Shown here: positions 33,060 through 39,985 of the stretch, piece by piece
Numbering within the stretch: position 1 is the first letter of the stretch
Layout: each line of letters begins with the position of its first letter
From: Chloroflexota bacterium
GTDB taxonomy: Bacteria > Chloroflexota > Limnocylindria > Limnocylindrales > CSP1-4
Assembly (NCBI GenBank): GCA_013815585.1
Contig: JACDFU010000004.1
Coordinates: 1-40,565 of the forward strand
Reading direction: 5' to 3'
DNA: 40,565 bases
The notes under the pieces: model-generated
The model's database searches: none
Seen by the model: the letters and a program-made list of their open reading frames with translations, nothing else
Told to the model about the DNA's origin: nothing
Position numbers and translations under genes: made by a program

Positions 33060-33662
33060 AATGCGCGTGGCATCCTCTACCGACGGCACGTCCACGTCAG
33101 ACGGGTACACCTGCTCCGCAAGATCCCAGAGCCGCTCCCGCCCGACTCGCCCACAGATAGCAACCTCGCCACGCATCATCAGGATTTCGAGCATCTGGGT
33201 GACGTTGCGGTCGTTCGTCCAGCCACTCGACGGCCACGGCACGACCGACGTATCGGGGATGGCGCGCGAGGTCAGTGGGCCCGAGTTCGCCAGCCGGCCG
33301 AGGACGTCGCGACGGAAGCGGTCGTTGTCGCGCAGCCACGCGCGAGGTTGCTGATAGGACGGCCGATCTGCGGCGCCGGCGAGGTACAGGCCGAGGTCGC
33401 GCATCGGCCGCACCACCGCGTCGAACTCGAACAGCGTCCGGTCCTGCTCCAGCGCCTGCTTGAGGTCGGCAGGCCGATACGAGGAGCCGAGGCGGCTCCA
33501 GGCTACGAGGTCCGCGCTCGGTGCGATCGCCGAGGTCGGGTCGATCTGGAGCAGCGTCAGGCGCTCCACGAGAGACACCAAGTCCGTCGGCCGAGCGGCG
33601 TCGAGCAATTGCGCACGCACAGCGATTCGCCGAGCCTCCACCTTGGTCAGCCGGTGCACCAT
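33060..33662 (-). pseudogene. N-terminal half of a YcaQ/AlkZ (HTH_42) interstrand-crosslink DNA glycosylase
   Basis: EARRIAVRAQLL, LQIDP (QxD motif), LVAWSRLG, GEVAICGRVGRERLWDLAE; only ~200 aa of a family that is typically about twice as long. Confidence 0.7.
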
Positions 33663-33709
33663 CGGAAGACACGTTAGCGGGCCGCGCGGCGAGCGACTCC
33701 AACTAGGAG

Positions 33710-34270
33710 CTACGAAGGAATGTACGACCTCAGCTCAACGCCCGAGGCGAAAGCGTGCTCCTCAACGAGACGGAGTCGCAGCTGCGCGTCGAGCTCGGGC
33801 CAGAACGGTGTGCCGGCCCCCAACACGACCGGATGGATGACGAGCCTGTACTCGTCCACGAGCCCGCGGCGCACGAACTGGCCGGCCAGGTTCGGTCCGC
33901 CGACGCCGAGATCGCCGTCGAACTCCCGGCGCAGTCCCTCGAGCACCGCTCCCACGTCGCCGCGCACCAGGCGGCTGTTGTGCTCGACGTGCGCGAGACT
34001 CGACGAGAAGACGATCTTCGGCATCCGCTTCCAGATGCGCGCGAACTCCCGCATCGCATCGGTCGCCGCTGGATCGTCCTCGCCGGTCGGCCAGTAATCG
34101 GCCATCAGCTCGTACAGCCGCCGTCCGTAGAGGGAGGCCTCCAGCGTTCGCGTCTGGTCGTTGAACCAGGTGTGCAGCTCGTCGTCGACGGTGGTCCAGT
34201 CGAGGCCGTGGTCCGTCGTCTCGACGAACCCGTCGAGCGACACGTTCAGGCTGTAGATCAGCTTGCCCAT
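33710..34270 (-). CDS. Dihydrofolate reductase-like (RibD C-terminal) family protein
   Basis: MGKLIYSLNVSLDGFV, LYGRRLYE, KIVFSSSL, GGPNLA, LVDEYRLVIHPVVLGAG. Confidence 0.9.
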   Translation of the reverse strand: MGKLIYSLNVSLDGFVETTDHGLDWTTVDDELHTWFNDQTRTLEASLYGRRLYELMADYWPTGEDDPAATDAMREFARIWKRMPKIVFSSSLAHVEHNSRLVRGDVGAVLEGLRREFDGDLGVGGPNLAGQFVRRGLVDEYRLVIHPVVLGAGTPFWPELDAQLRLRLVEEHAFASGVELRSYIPS

Positions 34271-34340
34271 GCGCGCTCGTCAGTCGACCTCGCCGAACTC
34301 CGGTCGCCCGGTCGGTCGATACACCGAGATCGTCACGCCC

Positions 34341-35228
34341 TCAGGCCTCGGTGAGAACCTGGCGCAGCTTGGCGGCGAAGGCCTCGGGCTCGCCCGTCTG
34401 GCCGTACTCGCCGCCGAGGAATCCGCCATGGCCGCTGGGGAAGACCACCGGCTCCGTGCCGAGCCGCTCGGCGACGGCGAATGCACCACGGCAGGCCATC
34501 TCGCCGTCCGATTCCCCGCCCGCCGCGATGACGATCCGGGTCGGGGCCGCCCGCAGGGCATCGAAGTCGGGCTCGTAATGGGTGCAGGTGATCATGTTCG
34601 AACCCAGCATCATGTCGGTGCGGGAGCCGTCGTCCTCCGTCGGCATCCCGAACATGGCGGGGTCCGGCGCGGGCTGCTGCGCGTAGTCGTCCGGAAATTC
34701 GCCCTTATGGCTCACGATTGCGATGAAGTGGGCCATGCCCGCGCCCCAACCGCTGCGCTGGTACGTCTCGTGGACCGCTCGGGCGGCCGCCATCGCGTTC
34801 TCGCGGTCGGGCAGGATCGAGGCGAGCGGCGGCTCGTGCGCCACGAGGATGCGGACGTCCTCGGGATTCGTCGCGACGAGGGCAAGCGCGTTCACCGCGC
34901 CTCCGCTGCTCGCGAAAAGGTCGACCGGTCCAGCGTCCAGCTCCTGAATGATCCGATGCAGGTCGTCAGCGTGGTCGTGGGGCGTCGAGGGGCTCAGCGG
35001 ATCGGCCTTCTGGCTGCGCTCGGCGCCGCGGGGGTCATACGTCACGACCGTCCGGTCGGGGAAGTGGCTCGCCAGCGTGGCGAAGCCGGCGGCGCCCATC
35101 GGCGAGCCGATCAGGAACAGGGCCGGCGCGGTGCTGGCGCCGTTGCGCCGGACGTCGTACGTCAGCACGGCCCCCGGAACGTCCAGGGTGTGCGTCGTCG
35201 GCTCGGTCATCGTGGTGGTCGCGGTCAT
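34341..35228 (-). CDS. Alpha/beta hydrolase
   Basis: VVTYDPRG, nucleophile elbow FASSGGA, LVAHEPP, FPSGHGGF. Confidence 0.9.
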   Translation of the reverse strand: MTATTTMTEPTTHTLDVPGAVLTYDVRRNGASTAPALFLIGSPMGAAGFATLASHFPDRTVVTYDPRGAERSQKADPLSPSTPHDHADDLHRIIQELDAGPVDLFASSGGAVNALALVATNPEDVRILVAHEPPLASILPDRENAMAAARAVHETYQRSGWGAGMAHFIAIVSHKGEFPDDYAQQPAPDPAMFGMPTEDDGSRTDMMLGSNMITCTHYEPDFDALRAAPTRIVIAAGGESDGEMACRGAFAVAERLGTEPVVFPSGHGGFLGGEYGQTGEPEAFAAKLRQVLTEA

Positions 35229-35324
35229 GGTGCCTCTCCTTTGCGGGGTGGTCTCGATCTCTCGTTGTACAGACCGACCGTGGCGGCCAATCTCATCGGC
35301 CGGACGCTCTCGTCCGTCTCGTCA

Positions 35325-35830
35325 TCAACTCTGGGGTACGGCGTCTTCGGCGAGGATGGCGTCGATCTGGCCGATCGCCTGGCTGAGACCCTCTTCCATG
35401 CCCATGGCGAGGAGTTGCTCCATCGCCTCGGTGCTCGGGAAGGTGCTGTCGATCGACATCCGCGTCCGCCCGTCGCCGATGGCCTCGATCCGCACGCGGC
35501 TTCCGTGCCCGGCAGATCGGTGTTCGGCGAGCCGTCGTCGTTCGCAAAACCATCGCGGAAGACGAGCCGATGCGGCGGCTCTGCCTCGACGATGTCCCAG
35601 TACCCGCGGGGCTGATCGCCCTCGGGACCGGTCATGTAGTACTCGACGCGAGCGCCGGGGCGCAGGTCGTGTGCGGTCACCGTAGCGGGGTACGTCGGCG
35701 GGCCCCACCAGCGCTCCAGCTGGCGTGGATCGGCCCACAGCTGCCATACCCGCTCCACAGAGGCGTCGAACTCGGCGGTCGCGGTCATGGTCAGCGCCTG
35801 GGGGTCCTTGCGGACGGCAGTCACGGTCAT
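35325..35830 (-). pseudogene. SRPBCC (AHSA1-like) domain protein with a single frameshift near 35499
   Basis: MTVTAVRKDPQALTMT...WADPRQLERWWGP...FRDGFANDDGSPNTDLP continues in another frame as RVRIEAIGDGRTRMSIDSTF...GMEEGLSQAIGQIDAIL; one added base restores the frame. Confidence 0.8.
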
Positions 35831-36162
35831 GCGTCGGTCTCCTTCTTGTCGGTGAGGAGCTCGGTCATTCGGCTGATCCGTCCGCGCCACAGCTCCTCGT
35901 ACTGGTCGAGCAGGCTCCGCGCCGCGCGCAGTCCCTCGACGTTGGTGTGGACGACCATTCGCCGCCCCGTGCGCTCCTTCGTGACCAGGCGGGCCCGCTC
36001 GAGCACCGCAACGTGCTTCTGCACGGCCGCGAAGCTCATGGGATAGTGCTCCGCCAGCTCGCCAATGCCCTCCCCTCCCCCGATCGCCCGGCGGACGATG
36101 TCACGCCTGGTGGCATCCGCCAGCGCGGCAAACACGCGGTCGACGTCGGGTGCGGTGGTCAT
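35827..36162 (-). CDS. ArsR/SmtB family transcriptional regulator
   Basis: VFAALADATRRDIV, MSFAAVQKHVAVLERARLV; first gene of the ArsR-SRPBCC-hydrolase cluster. Confidence 0.9.
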   Translation of the reverse strand: MTTAPDVDRVFAALADATRRDIVRRAIGGGEGIGELAEHYPMSFAAVQKHVAVLERARLVTKERTGRRMVVHTNVEGLRAARSLLDQYEELWRGRISRMTELLTDKKETDA

Positions 36163-36167
36163 TCATA

Positions 36168-36198
36168 CAACCATACGGTTGCATGTCAGCGGCGTCAA
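36168..36198 (-). promoter_or_regulatory. Sigma-70 promoter (TTGACG-N17-TATGGT) overlapped by a CAACC-N4-GGTTG operator; probably leaderless
   Basis: The -10 box ends 7 nt before the ArsR ATG and there is no RBS; palindrome at 36168-36181. Confidence 0.65.
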
Positions 36199-36240
36199 GC
36201 CGTGTCGACGGAATGAGTCGCCCGATGGCGGCGTGAGATC

Positions 36241-36723
36241 ATGCGAGCAGTGTCCGACACGGCCAAACGATCGCCGCGACTTCCCCCTCGTTGGGTCGTC
36301 GTCTCGGCCTGGGTGATTCACCGCGCGATCTATCGGCTTACCGGAGGCCGCAGGGGCCTCTGGCCGCCGAAGCCGAACCGGTGGGGGACGATGCGCCTCA
36401 CCACGGTGGGCCGCCGCTCAGGCAAGGAGCGCAGCGCGATCCTCGGCTACTACGAGGACGGCCCGAACCTGGTGACGATGGCGATGAACGGCTGGGCAGA
36501 GCCCGAGCCCGCCTGGTGGCTCAACCTCCAGGCGCAGCCGGACGCAACGGTCGAGCTTCCCGATGGCCAGCGCGCGATCCAGGGGCGTGCCGCACAGGGC
36601 GAGGAGCGAGAGCGCCTCTGGGCCCGATGGGGCGAGATGGGGGACGATGTCGATGGCTACGCGACTCGCCGCCCGTCCGGCACCGCCGTCGTCGTCCTTG
36701 AGCCGCGGTCCGCTTCCAGCTGA
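36241..36723 (+). CDS. Deazaflavin (F420)-dependent nitroreductase family protein (Ddn-like)
   Basis: LTTVGRRSGKER, AMNGW...PAWWLNLQAQP, YATRR...VVVLEP. Confidence 0.88.
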   Translation: MRAVSDTAKRSPRLPPRWVVVSAWVIHRAIYRLTGGRRGLWPPKPNRWGTMRLTTVGRRSGKERSAILGYYEDGPNLVTMAMNGWAEPEPAWWLNLQAQPDATVELPDGQRAIQGRAAQGEERERLWARWGEMGDDVDGYATRRPSGTAVVVLEPRSASS

Positions 36724-36803
36724 TCCGTTAGTCCTTGCCACGTTCGATCCGCTGCTTGGTGACCGGGCCGCCCGCTCGTTTGAGCACCGCACCCGGGGGC
36801 CAA

Positions 36804-36844
36804 GAGGTCGAGTGGTGATCGTACGGCGACCACCACTCGACCTC
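36804..36844. terminator. 14-bp perfect hairpin between convergent genes
   Basis: GAGGTCGAGTGGTG-N13-CACCACTCGACCTC. Confidence 0.6.
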
Positions 36845-36861
36845 AAAGGGACGCGGTCAGA

Positions 36862-37770
36862 TCACGGTTCGATCTGGATCGAGTCCACGACCGCCTGGAG
36901 CTCAGCACGGTTCTCTGCGGAACTGCCCGGGTAGTGCCTGGCGACGACCACCAGGCGGCTGCCGGCGACGTCGACGATGTACACGACGTCGGTGTTACCG
37001 GGGGGATTGCAACACAGCCCGCTAGTCATATCGGGGCCCGCACCCGGCCAGTAGCGGAGATTGCCATTCGTGCATGTCGTGACGTCCAGATCCGGGTCGA
37101 CGGTAAGCTCGATCCGCTTCGCCGGAAAGCCACCGAGCGTCACGTCGGTCGGTGCTGAGGCTTCGCGCCCCCTCTGGTCGGCTAGCGCGCTGGCAAGCTG
37201 GTCGACCGTTGTTCCGACGTCGACCAGCGCCCCCTCGTCCCACTGGCAGGCGTCGCTGAAGATGTGGGTGACTACCCAGGTGACGAGCAACACCTCACCG
37301 GGTTCCTCTCCCTCCTTGGTGAGGAAGCCGTTGTCGATCGTCCATCCGTCGGGCACCGTGAAGGTGAAGCGCTCAGCGTTGGTGATGGTCCGGTCGTCGA
37401 TGTAGTAGGCCGCCGCATTGAGCTCGCCGCTTGCCGGGACCTTGACGGCCGCAGCAGTCGGGGATGGCGACGGCGTCGGAGTCGGTGCGGCTGTGAGGCT
37501 CGCCGTCGGACCGGGACCAGGCCCCCCGAACTGCCCCGGCGGGGGTGTCAGGTTGAAGGCGACGGCGGCAACGACCAGGACGGCCGCCGCAGCGATCGCG
37601 AAAGGCGCGAACTTGGACATGTCAGGCTCCCTCCACGGGCCGATGACGGCCCGTTGACGTGTGTGGTCGATTTCAGCTCTGACCGCGTCATAGGAGCGGT
37701 CCGCCAGCTCGGTCGGGCCGTCGTCGAGGAAGGTCCGGATGAGGCGGTCGGGATCGCGGCGTGCGGTCAT
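36862..37770 (-). CDS. Putative anti-sigma factor / single-pass membrane protein
   Basis: Short cytoplasmic N-terminus, TM FAIAAAAVLVVAAVAF, Pro/Thr linker, extracytoplasmic domain with several Cys; ATGA-coupled to the ECF gene. Confidence 0.7.
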   Translation of the reverse strand: MTARRDPDRLIRTFLDDGPTELADRSYDAVRAEIDHTRQRAVIGPWREPDMSKFAPFAIAAAAVLVVAAVAFNLTPPPGQFGGPGPGPTASLTAAPTPTPSPSPTAAAVKVPASGELNAAAYYIDDRTITNAERFTFTVPDGWTIDNGFLTKEGEEPGEVLLVTWVVTHIFSDACQWDEGALVDVGTTVDQLASALADQRGREASAPTDVTLGGFPAKRIELTVDPDLDVTTCTNGNLRYWPGAGPDMTSGLCCNPPGNTDVVYIVDVAGSRLVVVARHYPGSSAENRAELQAVVDSIQIEP

Positions 37771-38321
37771 GCGAGTCGCTCCTGCGAACTGGATGGCGAC
37801 CGGGCGTCGGCCTCGAGGCTTGCCCGGAGCGCGCGGGTGGCGTGGTGGAGTCGGGACTTGGCGGTCCCAACAGGAATTCCCAGACGATCGGCCACCTCGG
37901 TGAGAGGCAAGCCGACGTAGTGGTGGAACACGAGCACCGACCGCTGCTCCAGGGTGAGCCTCCGGAAGGCTCGGTCCAGTTGGTCACGGTCGTTGACGGC
38001 CGAGATCTCACCTGACTCCAGCTGACCTGGCATGGGCAAGAGTCGGATTTGGGTCGACCAGCGCCTGCGACGCCTGGCCTCGGCGTAGCACTCGTTGGTC
38101 AGGATCCGATGCAGCCAGGGTTCGAAGCGTTCGGCGTCGCGCAGCGTGCGCAGCTCACGCCAGGCCATGATCAGCGCGGCTTGCACAGCGTCATCGGCCC
38201 GGTCGGCGTCGCGCAGGATCCGAAACGCGATCGCCATGCATCTGTCGCCGACCGTGCGGGCGAGGGCATCGAAGGCCTCTCGATCGCCCCGTTTCGCCTG
38301 GTCTACGAGTGCTCGCTGCAC
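37767..38321 (-). CDS. ECF RNA polymerase sigma factor
   Basis: AKRGDREAF, ADDAVQAAL, FEPWLHRIL, LTLEQRSVLV, GIPVGTAKSRLHHA; GTG 38321 after GGAGAG. Confidence 0.92.
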   Translation of the reverse strand: MQRALVDQAKRGDREAFDALARTVGDRCMAIAFRILRDADRADDAVQAALIMAWRELRTLRDAERFEPWLHRILTNECYAEARRRRRWSTQIRLLPMPGQLESGEISAVNDRDQLDRAFRRLTLEQRSVLVFHHYVGLPLTEVADRLGIPVGTAKSRLHHATRALRASLEADARSPSSSQERLA

Positions 38322-38371
38322 CCGACTCTCCTTCCCCTGGGATCGGTCCGAGTGGACGCGATCACCCTTGA

Positions 38372-38398
38372 GAGGGATCTCTGTGCCCGGAAGGTTCA
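38372..38398 (-). promoter_or_regulatory. Putative autoregulatory ECF promoter TGAACC-N16-CCCTC
   Basis: Minus strand TGAACC TTCCGGGCACAGAGAT CCCTC TCAA, ~50 nt upstream of the ECF start. Confidence 0.55.
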
Positions 38399-38549
38399 AT
38401 CTGGGTGTATCCCGGCTAGCCAGCCAGAAGGCGGACCGGCGTAGGGCAGGACTGCGATGGCGATGGCGATGGCGTCAGGTAGGAAGGATCGGGCGCGAAG
38501 CCATGTTCGAAACGCTGGCAATCAGTGCCCGTCGACTATCCGGAGTCTG

Positions 38550-38951
38550 TCATCCCGCGATTCGGTCCTGTCCGGGCGCCTGGACGGAAAGGCCCAGTAC
38601 CCTGGCGGCGGCCGCCTGGCGATCGTCGTAGGTCACGAACGCAGCGATCTCGCTGCCCAGGCGCTGGGCCGAAGCGAGATGGATGGCATCGAGTGCCCTG
38701 AGCGCGGCGCCGCCCGTCGCTGCGCCAATCCGGGCGAGTTCGGCATCCAGTTCTACGAAGGCGACGCGCGCCAGCACCGGCTGAGGGTCGGCGGTCGGAT
38801 TGGAGCGCGCCACGGCCTTGGCCACCTCGACCACGGCGACGCGACTCGAGACGAGGCTGCGACCCAGGACACGCTCCTGGAGAGCGCCGGTTTCTGCCTC
38901 GGCGATGACGAGCTTCGTGATGGCCGACGCGTCCAGGTAGAGGCTGCTCAG
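38550..38951 (-). CDS. vapC: VapC/PIN-domain toxin (CTG start)
   Basis: LSSLYLDASAITKLVIAEAET, LRALDAIHLASA, FVTYDDRQAAAA; CTGA overlap with the antitoxin stop and AGAGGAG RBS. Confidence 0.88.
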   Translation of the reverse strand: MSSLYLDASAITKLVIAEAETGALQERVLGRSLVSSRVAVVEVAKAVARSNPTADPQPVLARVAFVELDAELARIGAATGGAALRALDAIHLASAQRLGSEIAAFVTYDDRQAAAARVLGLSVQAPGQDRIAG

Positions 38952-39229
38952 CGTTGATCTCCTCTGCGCTCGGCGAGCAACGCAGCTGTGGCGCTGGTTC
39001 CAGTGCTCGGGGCAATTGCCGGCGGGAGGACGCTCGTGTCCGGGTTCAGCGGGGGCGTCAGGCGGCCCTCGGCCACCAGTTGCGAAAACGTCGGCCGCCC
39101 TCCGACCACGGGACGCAACTGCGCGACGGGACGGCCGAAGACGGTCACCTCGAATCCCTCTCCAGCCTCGACCCGAGCGAGGTATTCACGCAGCCGATGC
39201 CTCAACTCACGCATCCCGATCTGATCCAT
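38948..39229 (-). CDS. Phd/YefM-family antitoxin
   Basis: IGMRELRHRLREYLARVEAGEGFEVTVFGRPVAQLRP...LLAERR; TGT(G/A)ACACA repeats at 39229-39247 are a likely operator. Confidence 0.9.
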   Translation of the reverse strand: MDQIGMRELRHRLREYLARVEAGEGFEVTVFGRPVAQLRPVVGGRPTFSQLVAEGRLTPPLNPDTSVLPPAIAPSTGTSATAALLAERRGDQR

Positions 39230-39271
39230 GTGACACAATGTAACACAGCAGGCGCGCCGAGAACGCCAGAA

Positions 39272-39492
39272 GACCAGCCTGGAGGTTGCCCGCCGAGTGG
39301 AGGTCTCGGGCGCAGGTACGCGCTTCCTGCGAAGAAGCTCAGCCCGGAGCGGCTTCGCGACAAGGTCCGGGAGGCCATGGGGTGCGCGACGGCGCCCGAC
39401 GCATCGCCGCGGCTTTCGCGGCTGCCGGTGGTCCTGTCGCGGCGGCCGATGCCGTCGAGCGCCGACTCCTCAAGCTGGACCGTGCCGCTTGA
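39272..39492 (+). pseudogene. C-terminal remnant of a GT1/MGT-family glycosyltransferase
   Basis: Across frameshifts it reads DQ.EVARRVEVSGAGTR-LPAKKLSPERLRDKVREAM-RDGARRIAAAFAAAGGPVAAADAVE, the typical end of UDP-glycosyltransferases; the 5' part is missing. Confidence 0.6.
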
Positions 39493-39526
39493 ACCGAATT
39501 TCCGAGGGCGCCTCTTGGGTGCCCGG

Positions 39527-39946
39527 TTGAATCGCTTCGCCCGGTCGGTCCTGCTTTGGGCGATTGGTGTTTCGCTCGTGGCGTGCAGCCTGGTCGCCGA
39601 GGGCCCGATGCCGGCCGGTGGACGGCAGTTGCAGATTCCCGTGTCCAACGACAGTGACCGGCCGGCGGTGCTGGTCGTCGCCGAGGACGCCGGGACTATG
39701 GGCCCGCAAGTCGGTAGGTCGCAGCCGTCGGTTGTGCCGCCACGCACTCGCGTCAACGTCACGTTTACGGTTCCAGGCACGTCCAGCTGGGCCATCTTCG
39801 TGAACCCCGGAGACTCGGGCGTGGGCCCGCTGATCGTCGCCCGAGACGTGGCTCAGTGCGTCGGCGTCGTGCCCATTGAGATACAGGTGGACGACAGAGG
39901 TGACATCTTCTACTCAACTCCGCGCCAGTGGTGCGGGGATCCGTGA
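39527..39946 (+). CDS. Hypothetical lipoprotein
   Basis: TTG 39527; signal peptide ending SLVAC (lipobox); beta-rich domain; TGAACC-N15-CCTCTT ECF-like motif at 39490-39516. Confidence 0.6.
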   Translation: MNRFARSVLLWAIGVSLVACSLVAEGPMPAGGRQLQIPVSNDSDRPAVLVVAEDAGTMGPQVGRSQPSVVPPRTRVNVTFTVPGTSSWAIFVNPGDSGVGPLIVARDVAQCVGVVPIEIQVDDRGDIFYSTPRQWCGDP

Positions 39947-39985
39947 GCATGGGTTAGCCGCCACGAGCAGGGGTGGTCGAGTCGA

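Noticed and set aside
32025-33662. Single genuine multidomain protein
   Set aside because: Two of the three segments are incomplete domains and the third has its own RBS and start, so they were annotated separately.
34263-35615. 450-aa plus-strand ORF
   Set aside because: Antisense to the hydrolase and SRPBCC genes.
38454-38474. (GCGATG)x3 short tandem repeat
   Set aside because: Only three units, intergenic, with no evidence for a phase-variation role.
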